Source: a virus
Direction: 5' to 3' (one strand)
DNA: 64,000 nt
Virus record (IMG/VR): IMGVR_UViG_3300027782_003601
Coordinates: 64,001-128,000 of that record
Shown: positions 21,433 to 31,669 of the stretch, piece after piece
Layout of the letters: the number at the start of each line of letters is the position of its first letter
Numbering within the stretch: position 1 is the first letter of the stretch
Made by a program: the position numbers and the translations under genes
Notes under the pieces: generated by a model
Told to the model about the DNA's origin: nothing
Databases searched by the model: none
The model's input: only the letters and a program-made list of their open reading frames with translations

Positions 21433-22374
21433 ATGCTAAATAATACAGATAAAACAAAAATAACTACAACACTATCTAATGTGTTAGGAAGTTTTTCCGT
21501 TTTAAGGGGAAACGAATTAGCATTTCATTGTCCATTCTGCCATCATCACAAACAAAAATTACAAGTAAATACCGAAACACAACATTGGCATTGTTGGACA
21601 TGTAATAGTGGTGGTAAGAAACTCACATCCTTATTAAAAAAGTTAGATGTTGATAGGAAAACTATTACGGTTATTAGAGAGATATATGGTGATTCACACT
21701 ATAACCCACAAAACGAAGATAGTGATGCTAAAATATTTATTTCATTACCAAAGGAGTTTATTTCATTAGCAGAACAACCAAAGGGGTTTAATCCAGAATA
21801 CAAACAAGCAATGAACTACCTTATTCAAAGAGGTATAACAGAAAAACAAATTGTAAAGTATGGTATTGGGTATTGTAAAGAAGGTTTATATAGTAGAAGA
21901 GTAATTATCCCATCTTATAATTGCGATGGTTCATTAAACTACTTTGTTTCTCGTTCTTATTATATAGATGAGAAGATGAAATATAAAAATCCACCAATCA
22001 GTAAAAATGTAATTTGTTTTGATTCCCAAATAAATTGGAATGAACCAATTATCTTATGTGAGGGGGTATTTGATGCAATTACAATCAGAAGAAACGCAAT
22101 TCCCCTATTAGGGAAGTTTCCATCTAAATTATTAGTTGAAAAAATCTTTATGAATGGGGTTAGTGATATTGTTATTTCATTAGATAATGATGCTAAAACG
22201 GAAGCATTGAAAGCATCTGAATATTTTAGAAAGCAAGGAATAAATGTTAAATTTATGAATCTAAAAGATAAAGATGCTGCTGATATGGGGTATAATAAGT
22301 TTTACGAAGAATTAAATTCTACAAAAGAATTTGGAATAGAAGATTTGTTGTTATCAAAAATTAATAGTTTATAA
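21433..22374 (+). CDS. DNA primase (zinc finger plus TOPRIM); ATG 21433 preferred over TTG 21415
   Basis: CPFC..H...CWTC zinc finger; ILCEGVFDA and LDND TOPRIM motifs; KDAAD. Confidence 0.88.
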   Translation: MLNNTDKTKITTTLSNVLGSFSVLRGNELAFHCPFCHHHKQKLQVNTETQHWHCWTCNSGGKKLTSLLKKLDVDRKTITVIREIYGDSHYNPQNEDSDAKIFISLPKEFISLAEQPKGFNPEYKQAMNYLIQRGITEKQIVKYGIGYCKEGLYSRRVIIPSYNCDGSLNYFVSRSYYIDEKMKYKNPPISKNVICFDSQINWNEPIILCEGVFDAITIRRNAIPLLGKFPSKLLVEKIFMNGVSDIVISLDNDAKTEALKASEYFRKQGINVKFMNLKDKDAADMGYNKFYEELNSTKEFGIEDLLLSKINSL

Positions 22375-22931
22375 TGAAAATAGGATTTATACTTCCTGGT
22401 AGAGATTTTTCCAATAGATTCATAGATAGTTGGACAAATGTTTTATATTGTATGCCAAAAGAGTGGGATTGGTTTCATATTAGTGGATACGCACCAAATA
22501 TTTTTTATAATAGAGAAGCTTTGTTGTATAGAGCAAAAGTATTTAAACCCACACATTATATGTGGATTGATAGTGACCAAGTTTTTAATTTTAAAATGTT
22601 AGAAAAATTAGTAAATCATAATTTACCAATAATATCTGGAATATACAAAAAATCACCAGATTTATTTGCTTGTTGTAAATTAGATGGAAAAACTTTAACA
22701 ATAGAAGATATTGTAGGTAAAACCGATTTAATGGAAGTTAAAGCAAATGGTATGGGGTTTATGTTGGTTAAAAGAGAAGTATTTGATTGTATTATAGACC
22801 CATTTGAACCACAGGACCCAGACCAATGGGAAGATTTTACATTTGCAAAAAAAGCAAGAGAAAGAGGTTATAAATCATATATTGACCCAACTTTAATAGT
22901 AGGACATGAAAAAAAGATAGTTTATGAATAG
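22374..22931 (+). CDS. GT-A fold glycosyltransferase-like protein
   Basis: THYMWIDSD (DxD), GMGFMLVKREVF, EDFTF, YIDPTLIVGH. Confidence 0.75.
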   Translation: MKIGFILPGRDFSNRFIDSWTNVLYCMPKEWDWFHISGYAPNIFYNREALLYRAKVFKPTHYMWIDSDQVFNFKMLEKLVNHNLPIISGIYKKSPDLFACCKLDGKTLTIEDIVGKTDLMEVKANGMGFMLVKREVFDCIIDPFEPQDPDQWEDFTFAKKARERGYKSYIDPTLIVGHEKKIVYE

Positions 22932-22976
22932 AATAAAAATAATTTACAATATAAAATACTATATAAAAAATAACTT

Positions 22977-25900
22977 ATGTTAAAATTAAAAAAGGTGTTT
23001 CATGTGGCCGATGTACATATTCGTAATGTAAAAAGACATAATGAGTATCGTCAGGTGTTTAATAAAATGTTTAATGAAATTCGTAAAAGAGGAACAGAGG
23101 ATTCAATAATTTATTTAGCAGGTGATATTGCTCATGCTAAATTAGAACTATCCCCTGAATTGGTTAGAGAGATTAGTTGGTTATTTACGGAGTGTTCTAA
23201 ATTGTGTGAAACTATTCTTATTACGGGAAATCACGATTGTAATATGAATAATTCCGATAGATTGGATGTACTTACTCCAATCGTAGAGGCATTAAATTTA
23301 CCAAACTTTACATACCTACGAGATACTCAAGTTTACTCAATTGGTGGAGTAGATTTTTCTGTATTTTCTATTTTTGATAAAAGAGAAAATTGGATTCCTG
23401 CAAATAAACTTTTTGGTAATAAAAAGATTGCACTTTTTCACGGACCATTAGATACATCTCAAACGGATATTGGATATGTGGTATCATCTCGGCATTTTAC
23501 ACCCGATATGTTTGATGGGTATGATTTGGCTCTATTAGGTGATATTCATAAAAGACAAATCATTACATCTCCTAAAGGATGTACTATTGCATATGCGGGT
23601 TCATTGGTTCAGCAAAATTTTGGTGAAACTTTGGAGAAACATGGTTTGCTTGTTTGGGATTTGGATAAAATGAGTTATGAGGAAATTGATATTCAAAATG
23701 ATTATGGATATTATACTATGGATATTGATAATGGAAATGTTCCAAAGGTTTCCGATATGCCAAAGAATCCTCGTTTAAGAGTTCGTTTATCAAATACGGA
23801 TACTTCGGATACTAAACGAGTAATTGCTGAAATAAAACAATTATATGGTGTTGAGGATTTTACAATTATTAGAACAGATTCACTTTCTAAATCAAAAACA
23901 GGAAATAGAAACAATAGATTAGATTTTGAAGATATAACCGATGTAAACTATCAGAACTCTCTTATAAATGATTATATTGGTAGAATGATGCCGTTTGTTA
24001 CTAAAGAAGATTTAGATGGGTTGGAAAATATTAATAGAGATATTAATAGTAGAATAACTCACGATGATATACAAAGAAACATACATTGGAAACCAGTTAA
24101 GTTTGAGTTTTCTAATATGTTTAGTTATGGAGAAAATAACAAAATTGATTTTACTAAAATTGGTGGATTAATGGGATTATTTGCACCAAATGCAGCTGGT
24201 AAATCTTCTCTATTTGATGCAATTTCATTTTGTTTATACGATAAGTGCAGTAGAGCATTTAAAGCATCTAATATTTTAAACAATCGTAAAACGGATTTTG
24301 TTTGCCATTTACATTTTCAAATTGATGGATTGAATTACCACATTGAAAGAACTGCCAAAACAATTAACAAAGGGAAAAATGTTAAAGTTGATGTTCAGTT
24401 TTGGAAAGAAGAAAATGGATTAAATACAATCTTAAATGGAAATGAAAGAAGAGATACGAATCAAATTATTGAACAATATGTAGGAAAATATGAAGATTTT
24501 ATTTTAACTGCATTATCATTACAAGGAAACAATGCTTTATTTATTGATAAATCTCAATCGGAAAGAAAAGATTTATTAGCACAATTTATGGGTATTAACA
24601 TATTTGATAAATTATACGATATTGCAAGTGAAGATATTAAAGAAGTTTCTATCTTAATTAAAAACTTTAAGAAAATAGATTTTACTTCAGAATTAGCTGA
24701 AAAAAAGATTGAATTTATTGCTAAAACTACCGAACTTAAAGATTTAGAAAAAACATTAGATATTAGAACATATGATAGAGATGATTTAGGAGAAAGAATT
24801 GTTGGATTAAGTGCTCAATTAGTTCCTATGGATGGTAATTTAAATATAGATGATTTGAATCAATCTAAAACAAAATTACAATCTACATTGAATGGGTATA
24901 CTTCTTCATTTGAAACAAAACAAAATACTATTACCAATTATAGTAAATTGGTTGCAGATGTTTCTGAATCAATGGAAACCACTAAAAAGTTTTATATTTC
25001 AGAAGAAGAACACATTGATATTGAAGAAGCTCACTCTAATTATGTTAAAGCAGAAAGAGATTATAGTGAAGCAAATACCAAACATCAATTATTAAAACAA
25101 AAAATTCAAACTATTAAAGATAAGATTGCTCATTTAGAAACACATGAATATGACCCTAATTGTAAATTCTGTTGTGATAACGTATTCGTAAAAGATGCAT
25201 TAAAAGCAAAAGAAGAGTTGGAGGGATTGGAAGCGAGTTTAGATTATAGTTTGGATGATGTAAATGGTTCTCTAAATGTAATGAGTCTTTTTGAAACATC
25301 CAAAGAACAATACAAAGATTTACAAACATTAAAATTAAAATATCAAAAAGGATATTCTACAATTGAAACCGAAAAAGCAGAATTAAACGGATTAAAAACT
25401 AAAATAGAATTAGCAAAGCATCAATTAGAAGTTGTTGAAGAAAATATTCGTAAGTATTATATAAATGAAGAAACCATTAAACGTAATACTAAGATAGAAA
25501 CTATGATAAATGGTTTACAAAAAACCAAAAAAGAAATAGAAGCAGAAGTATCTGAATTGAGTAGAAAGATTGGTGATACAAAGGGTGTTATTGCCTCCAT
25601 ATCTTCGTTTGTAGAGGGGATAAAGGTTAGGATGAATGAAGTTAAAGACTTGGAAGAAAAGAATCGTTTATACACCTACTATTTGGATTCTGTAAAAAGA
25701 GATGGGATACCTTATGAGTTAATTTCTAAAGCTTTGCCTGTTATTGAAAACGAAGTAAATAACATTCTTGCGCAAGTAGTTGATTTTAGTTGTGTAATGG
25801 AAATGGATGGTAAATCAATTAATGCTAAAATAGTTTATGATGACCAGGAATGGCCTTTAGAGATGTGTAGTGGTATGGAGAAGTTTGTTAGTGGATTGGC

Positions 25901-26138
25901 AATCAGAGTTGCGCTTATTAACATATGTAACTTACCCCGTCCAAACTTTTTAGTAATTGATGAAGGGTTTGGTACATTAGATTCCGATAATTTATCATCC
26001 TTATTTATGATGATGCAATATCTTAAAACTCAATTTGATTTTATATGGGTTATATCTCACTTAGAACAAATGAGAGATATTGTAGATGGTTTAATTGAAA
26101 TTAAAAAAGTGGATGGGTTCAGTAAGATTAATTTTTAA
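22977..26138 (+). CDS. fused SbcD(Mre11/gp47)-SbcC(Rad50/gp46) recombination nuclease
   Basis: ADVH, AGD, GNHD, GDIH phosphoesterase motifs; APNAAGKSS Walker A; CKFC hook; CSGME signature; IDEGFG Walker B; ISH. Confidence 0.92.
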   Translation: MLKLKKVFHVADVHIRNVKRHNEYRQVFNKMFNEIRKRGTEDSIIYLAGDIAHAKLELSPELVREISWLFTECSKLCETILITGNHDCNMNNSDRLDVLTPIVEALNLPNFTYLRDTQVYSIGGVDFSVFSIFDKRENWIPANKLFGNKKIALFHGPLDTSQTDIGYVVSSRHFTPDMFDGYDLALLGDIHKRQIITSPKGCTIAYAGSLVQQNFGETLEKHGLLVWDLDKMSYEEIDIQNDYGYYTMDIDNGNVPKVSDMPKNPRLRVRLSNTDTSDTKRVIAEIKQLYGVEDFTIIRTDSLSKSKTGNRNNRLDFEDITDVNYQNSLINDYIGRMMPFVTKEDLDGLENINRDINSRITHDDIQRNIHWKPVKFEFSNMFSYGENNKIDFTKIGGLMGLFAPNAAGKSSLFDAISFCLYDKCSRAFKASNILNNRKTDFVCHLHFQIDGLNYHIERTAKTINKGKNVKVDVQFWKEENGLNTILNGNERRDTNQIIEQYVGKYEDFILTALSLQGNNALFIDKSQSERKDLLAQFMGINIFDKLYDIASEDIKEVSILIKNFKKIDFTSELAEKKIEFIAKTTELKDLEKTLDIRTYDRDDLGERIVGLSAQLVPMDGNLNIDDLNQSKTKLQSTLNGYTSSFETKQNTITNYSKLVADVSESMETTKKFYISEEEHIDIEEAHSNYVKAERDYSEANTKHQLLKQKIQTIKDKIAHLETHEYDPNCKFCCDNVFVKDALKAKEELEGLEASLDYSLDDVNGSLNVMSLFETSKEQYKDLQTLKLKYQKGYSTIETEKAELNGLKTKIELAKHQLEVVEENIRKYYINEETIKRNTKIETMINGLQKTKKEIEAEVSELSRKIGDTKGVIASISSFVEGIKVRMNEVKDLEEKNRLYTYYLDSVKRDGIPYELISKALPVIENEVNNILAQVVDFSCVMEMDGKSINAKIVYDDQEWPLEMCSGMEKFVSGLAIRVALINICNLPRPNFLVIDEGFGTLDSDNLSSLFMMMQYLKTQFDFIWVISHLEQMRDIVDGLIEIKKVDGFSKINF

Positions 26139-26298
26139 TTTTATCTACTTTTAAAACATTAAAAGATGGTTTATGAACACCAACGTGTTTTTTGATTAAA
26201 TTTTCAACTAAACTACCCATTTTGAACCCATGTTCTTCGCAATATTCTTTGAGAAGTTCGTGGGTTTCTTTTTTGATTTGTAGCATTGCATATTTCAT
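26128..26298 (-). CDS. 56-aa putative ribbon-helix-helix DNA-binding protein (not in ORF track)
   Basis: MKYAMLQIKKETHELLKEYCEEHGFKMGSLVENLIKKH: strand-helix-G-helix pattern; ATATTTATA upstream on the - strand (26336-26344). Confidence 0.65.
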   Translation of the reverse strand: MKYAMLQIKKETHELLKEYCEEHGFKMGSLVENLIKKHVGVHKPSFNVLKVDKIKN

Positions 26299-26389
26299 AA
26301 CTTTATTTTTCTATAGTAAATATTAGTTTTATTTATATAAATATCGTACTTTAATTTTTTAACATATTTATTATAAAATAAAACGTATA

Positions 26390-29300
26390 ATGCCGGTAAT
26401 TAAAAAAACCCTTTTTGATGAAAAATTAGAAAAGGTAAATGTATTAGTAAACGATACAGACCCAAATAGTAAATATTTTAAAATAACCGAACTTAATGAT
26501 ACATTTACTGGCGGTAAAAATGCGTTTTTAATTCAAGGTTCTGAATATTTGGTACCTGATACCATTATTAAAATTCAAATAAAAGATGCAAATGGTGATA
26601 CCATTTATTACGAACCCGGTGAGGGCATGGTTTCTTCTTCAGTAAATGGAGAATCTTTTGTTTCTGAATACTATGAAGGAACATCCAAAGTAGTTTCTGT
26701 CTACATATATCCAAATAAAACAATAGATGAAAATGGTAATCCATTAGATGGGACTGCATTTGGTCCTGCTACAATTACTATATTAGGTGAATTAAAAGAA
26801 TTTGAATCCGATGGTTTAATAATGCCTATACCAAGTAATTGGACGGATACATATAATGTAAAATGGACAAAAACAATAAATGTAAATCCATTATTACCAA
26901 ACGTTACAAAAATACGTTTTTATAAAAGACCATTTGCAACAATTAAAGAAATTTTACAACCTTTATATACATTCGTTGGTAATACAAAAGTCGCATCATC
27001 GGTTACACAATCATTTGCTGATATAAAACTTTTAAATTTAGAAACATTTGCGGGTGATGTAAAAAGAGTAAAAGTATTTAGAACATCACAGGGTGATATA
27101 TCAGATTATGATTTAATACAAGATGTTTTATTAGAATCAAAAGAATTACTAACTACATATGGTTTAAGTGGTAGTGTGGTTGGAAATACGGGTATATTTA
27201 CATCTGAAACTTTACAAAAATATTGGAATACTGGTTCTTTAACTGCACAATTAACATCAAGTAGAGTTGAAAGTGGATTAAAATTATCAGGTAGTGGTAT
27301 ATTAAGATATAGCCAATCATTAGATATAAATTCAGCAAATACATACGAATTAAATTTAGACGCATTTTATTCAGGAAGTGTAGATAGTAATTTAGGAATA
27401 TATCTTTCATCCGGGTCTCTTAGTAGTAGTATTGGTACATTATATGGTATAACTCCAACAAAAAATCTTTCCGATGTTGTAATACCATTTAGTATTCCAA
27501 ACAATTATCCATCGGCATCTTTATATTTTTCACAATCAAATGGGGAATGGCATTTAGGAAATGTTAGTTTAAAATTATCACAAGATACGGCATTTTCACC
27601 AGATAGTATTTCGTTTATAACAACGATGCCAACTATATTGGGAAATGATGTATTTAATTTTAAATTTGAATTTTACGATTTAAATAATAATTATGTTCCT
27701 GTTTTTGTAACACAAAGTGCAACATTTGTTGGAGCTCCATCAACTACAAATATTGATACAAATGCAATAATAAGTTCATCCGTTTCTCAATCAAATGCAG
27801 TATTGTATCAAGTATCATCTTCTATTAGTGGAACGATGACCACATATAGTTCATCGGCTAGTAGTAGCATTTTAACATTAAGTAGTTCCGTAAGTACATC
27901 GGTATTGGCATTAACTGGTTCAATTAGTTCATCATTATCATCATCATTTGGATTTACAAGTAGTTCTGTTTATACTTTAAGTAGTTCAGTATCTGCATCA
28001 ATTGCAGCAGTTAGTTCATCTATATCTCAAAGTGTTTATCAAGGATTATTACCTGCATTTACAAGAGTTCAAAATTTAGCAGATGGAAATTATAGTGGTT
28101 CATTTATTAGTGGAAATATAATTTATTCACCTGTTATAGGTGGGCAATTAGGATATTTTAGTACTTTGTTTAAAGTAGGGCAATCTCCAAATTCAATTTA
28201 TTTAGATGCAAGACAAACACCAAGAAAAATATTTATAGGTGGAGCAATACCTGGTGGGGATACTGAATATTCTGGTGCATATAATAATCCAAATACATCT
28301 GTATATTTGGATAGTAATGGTCAATTTTCATTAAAAGATAAATTAACATTTGATGGAACAAACTTATCTGTAAATGGAACTATAAATGTAACAGGAGGAA
28401 ATGCAGCAACTGATACAAATGCTTTATTATATTCGGTAAGAGCAGCAGCTTCCGCATCTATATCGGGTTCAAATGCTTTAAATGCCGCAGATAGAGCAGC
28501 TGCTTCCGCATCTATATCGGGTTCATCTGCTTTAAATGCCGCATATAGAGCAGCAGATTCGGCATCATTGAGTGGTTCATCCGCAACTGCATACGCATTA
28601 TCTCAATCAACTTATCGTTATAATCAATCTACTGCATTATTACAAACATTAGCAGATGGAGGATATAGTGGTTCATTTATTGGAAGTACAACAATTTATT
28701 CTCCAAATATTGGTGGACAAAACGGATATATTTCAAACATTTTAAGAGTTGGACAAAATGGTATAACATTAGATGGTGGTAATAAAGCAATTTATGTTGG
28801 AAGTGGTACATATTCAAACGCAAACACTCCATTCTATTTTGCATCGGGTTCTACAAATATATTTTCATTAGGTGATAAATTATATTGGAATGGAAGTACA
28901 TTGATTATAAGTGGAACTATAAATGTAACCGGTGGAAATGCGGCAACTGATGCAAATGCATTATTATACTCACAAAGAGCAGCTGCTTCCGCATCTATAT
29001 CAGCGAGTGCGGCACAATCAAACGCAATTTCAACCGCAGCTGGAGATGCAACCACAAAAGCAAATAATGCACAATCAAATGCAATTTCAACTGCAGCAAG
29101 TGATGCAACTACAAAAGCAAATACGGCCTATAACAACGCAACTGCTCAATTACAATTATTAGCAGATGGAGGATATAGTGGTTCATTTATTGGAAGTACA
29201 ACAATTTATTCTCCAAATATTGGTGGAGTGAATGGATACATTTCAAATATACTCAGAGTTGGACAAAATGGTATAACATTAGATGGTGGTAATAAAAAGA

Positions 29301-30172
29301 TTTATGTTGGAAGTGGTACATATGGTAATGCATTAACACCATTCTATTTTGCATCTGGTTCTACAAATATATTTTCATTAGGTGATAAACTAACTTTTGA
29401 TGGCAGTACCCTATCTGTAAATGGTAATATAACTGCAACTGGTGGTTCATTTAGTGGATTTATGACAGCAGGTACTGCAAAAATTGGAAAAGATGTAAGT
29501 GGAACTGAAGATGGGCTTTGGTTAGATTCAAACAACTATTGGTACGCAGGTGAAGCCAAATTCAGAATGGGTACGGCAAATACATATTTAACTTATGATT
29601 CTGGTTTAGGTGCTCCTATTTTTTATGCAAGTTCTGGTGTTGCATTATGGGTAGATGGTGATGGTACTAATCCTGGATTTGCTGCATTAACGGTAAACGA
29701 TGGTGGATTAAAAGTATATAATACATTGGCGGCAAATAGTGGATATGCAATAGATTGTATAGGCTCATTAAGAGTAAACAATAATTTACAGGTTGGAGGA
29801 AGTGGTTCATTTACTGGAGATATTATATCACAAGCATCCGATAAAAGATTAAAAGAAAATATAACAACTATAACATCTGCATTAGATAAGGTGCATAAAA
29901 TAAATGGTGTATATTTTAATTTTACAAATGAAGCAAATAAATTAAATAAAAATTTAAGTAAAAATAAACAAGTTGGATTTTTAGCACAAGAAATACAATC
30001 AGTATTACCTGAAATTGTTAAACCTGCGCCATTTGATATAGGTAGTGATGGTAATTCTATAAGTGGTGAAAATTATTTAACAATTCAATATGAAAAAGTA
30101 GTTCCGTTGTTATTACAAGCTATAAAAGAATTAAAGTTTGAATTAGATGAAATTAAAAAGCTAATTAAATAA
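26390..30172 (+). CDS. long tail fibre with C-terminal intramolecular chaperone (peptidase S74)
   Basis: SDKRLKENI...GFLAQEI...YEKVVPLLLQAIKEL; Ser-rich, repeated modules. Confidence 0.8.
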   Translation: MPVIKKTLFDEKLEKVNVLVNDTDPNSKYFKITELNDTFTGGKNAFLIQGSEYLVPDTIIKIQIKDANGDTIYYEPGEGMVSSSVNGESFVSEYYEGTSKVVSVYIYPNKTIDENGNPLDGTAFGPATITILGELKEFESDGLIMPIPSNWTDTYNVKWTKTINVNPLLPNVTKIRFYKRPFATIKEILQPLYTFVGNTKVASSVTQSFADIKLLNLETFAGDVKRVKVFRTSQGDISDYDLIQDVLLESKELLTTYGLSGSVVGNTGIFTSETLQKYWNTGSLTAQLTSSRVESGLKLSGSGILRYSQSLDINSANTYELNLDAFYSGSVDSNLGIYLSSGSLSSSIGTLYGITPTKNLSDVVIPFSIPNNYPSASLYFSQSNGEWHLGNVSLKLSQDTAFSPDSISFITTMPTILGNDVFNFKFEFYDLNNNYVPVFVTQSATFVGAPSTTNIDTNAIISSSVSQSNAVLYQVSSSISGTMTTYSSSASSSILTLSSSVSTSVLALTGSISSSLSSSFGFTSSSVYTLSSSVSASIAAVSSSISQSVYQGLLPAFTRVQNLADGNYSGSFISGNIIYSPVIGGQLGYFSTLFKVGQSPNSIYLDARQTPRKIFIGGAIPGGDTEYSGAYNNPNTSVYLDSNGQFSLKDKLTFDGTNLSVNGTINVTGGNAATDTNALLYSVRAAASASISGSNALNAADRAAASASISGSSALNAAYRAADSASLSGSSATAYALSQSTYRYNQSTALLQTLADGGYSGSFIGSTTIYSPNIGGQNGYISNILRVGQNGITLDGGNKAIYVGSGTYSNANTPFYFASGSTNIFSLGDKLYWNGSTLIISGTINVTGGNAATDANALLYSQRAAASASISASAAQSNAISTAAGDATTKANNAQSNAISTAASDATTKANTAYNNATAQLQLLADGGYSGSFIGSTTIYSPNIGGVNGYISNILRVGQNGITLDGGNKKIYVGSGTYGNALTPFYFASGSTNIFSLGDKLTFDGSTLSVNGNITATGGSFSGFMTAGTAKIGKDVSGTEDGLWLDSNNYWYAGEAKFRMGTANTYLTYDSGLGAPIFYASSGVALWVDGDGTNPGFAALTVNDGGLKVYNTLAANSGYAIDCIGSLRVNNNLQVGGSGSFTGDIISQASDKRLKENITTITSALDKVHKINGVYFNFTNEANKLNKNLSKNKQVGFLAQEIQSVLPEIVKPAPFDIGSDGNSISGENYLTIQYEKVVPLLLQAIKELKFELDEIKKLIK
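28649..29389 (+). repeat. about 231-bp direct repeat (28649-28879 and 29159-29389) within the tail fibre
   Basis: LADGGYSGSFIGSTTIYSPNIGG...TNIFSLGDKL occurs twice; a more diverged copy begins near 28077. Confidence 0.85.
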
Positions 30173-31587
30173 TGCCAATACCAGTTAAATCTTCTGGACC
30201 AATATCATTTTCGGAAATATCAGCAGGTGTGGCTTCCGCTGGTGGAACTGCCTCTACATCATTTGTAAATTTATCACGTCAAGCATATACAATAACTGGG
30301 GATTCCAGATTTTTAACACCAGATAGATTTACTGATTTTGAATATACCACAACAACTACAACAACTACAACTACATCAACTACAACAACTACAACAACTA
30401 CAACTACTTTACCTCCATTAACTATAACAAATAGTGGTGTTACTTGTTTTGGTATACTTGGTGCATTTACTTCAACTATTGGGGGAGGTAGTGGAACATA
30501 TAATTTTATTGCAATTGGTACAACTCAAGCAAATGCAGATAATGCAGTTAGGGGAATTAGTGGAACAAGATATGCTGCCTCACCAAATCCATATCAATGG
30601 TCTAATATTTCAAATGGAACATATTATATTGCAGTAATGGATTCGGTAGGCAATGTAACAGTTCAAGGAATTTCAGTAACAGTAAATTGTACTACAACTA
30701 CAACATCAACTACTACAACTACTACTACAACTACTACTACATCAACTACTACAACTACTACTACAACCAGACCACCATTAACTATAACAAATAGTGGTGT
30801 TACTTGTTCTGGAATACTTGGTTCATTTACTTCAACTATTGCAGGAGGTAGTGGGACATATGATTGGATTGCAATTGCAGATTCAGCTCCAAATGCATCT
30901 AATGCAGTTAATGGTATTAGTGGAACTAGATATGCTGCATCACCAAATCCATACAGTTGGAATAATATTTCAAATGGAATATACTATATTGCAGTGAAAG
31001 ATTCGGAAGGAACGGTAACAGTTCAAACACTTACAGTAACGGTAAATTGTACTACAACTACTACAACTACTACTACAACTACGGCAGCACCAACTACAAC
31101 TACAACAACTACTACAACTACCTGTCCTCCATATGGAACTTATTTGTATGAATATTGCGATAATGTAAACCATAATAAGATTGGTGTTTTTGCTGATGGT
31201 TCTTGTGGAACTTACGAGTCGGTAATTGCTTATAATGACCCGGCGTGTGGATACGTTGCACCAACTACAACTACAACAACTACGGCAGCACCGACAACTA
31301 CAACTACAACAACTACGGCAGCACCGACAACTACAACTACAACAACTACGGCAGCACCGACAACTACAACTACAACAACTACGGCAGCACCTAATTGTCA
31401 GCAATATACTTTGATAAATTATGATGAATTTTCAGATATATATAGTTACCAATCTTGCGATGGAACTCAAAATAATGATGTAGTATTACAAGGTGGTGGG
31501 GGTAGTGTTACTATTTGTGCAAGAACAGGAACTGTAACTGCCGGAGGTGCAATAAGTGTAAGTTTGCCACAAGGAACTTGTACATAA
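30172..31587 (+). CDS. mucin-like poly-threonine virion protein
   Basis: Thr tracts of about 20-25 residues separating two duplicated ~93-aa beta domains and Cys-rich modules; SGPISFSEI N-terminus typical of proteins following tail fibres. Confidence 0.7.
   Translation: MPIPVKSSGPISFSEISAGVASAGGTASTSFVNLSRQAYTITGDSRFLTPDRFTDFEYTTTTTTTTTTSTTTTTTTTTTLPPLTITNSGVTCFGILGAFTSTIGGGSGTYNFIAIGTTQANADNAVRGISGTRYAASPNPYQWSNISNGTYYIAVMDSVGNVTVQGISVTVNCTTTTTSTTTTTTTTTTTSTTTTTTTTRPPLTITNSGVTCSGILGSFTSTIAGGSGTYDWIAIADSAPNASNAVNGISGTRYAASPNPYSWNNISNGIYYIAVKDSEGTVTVQTLTVTVNCTTTTTTTTTTTAAPTTTTTTTTTTCPPYGTYLYEYCDNVNHNKIGVFADGSCGTYESVIAYNDPACGYVAPTTTTTTTAAPTTTTTTTTAAPTTTTTTTTAAPTTTTTTTTAAPNCQQYTLINYDEFSDIYSYQSCDGTQNNDVVLQGGGGSVTICARTGTVTAGGAISVSLPQGTCT
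31261..31392 (+). repeat. tandem 30/33-bp repeats encoding PTTTTTTT(T)AA x4
   Basis: ACTACAACTACAACAACTACGGCAGCACC unit repeated. Confidence 0.9.
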
Positions 31588-31669
31588 TATTAAATACATC
31601 CGTTACCAATATGTGAATGATTATTATTTATGGTATATATTATAAGTTATTAATAAAATAAAAAAAGTT

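Noticed and set aside
28649-29389. Diversity-generating retroelement template/variable repeat
   Set aside because: Both copies are in frame within one gene, differences are not adenine-specific, and no reverse transcriptase is in the window
30970-31414. Cys/Arg/Ser-rich antisense ORF and Gln/Leu-rich alternative-frame ORF
   Set aside because: Shadows of the ACT/ACA Thr repeats in 30172-31587
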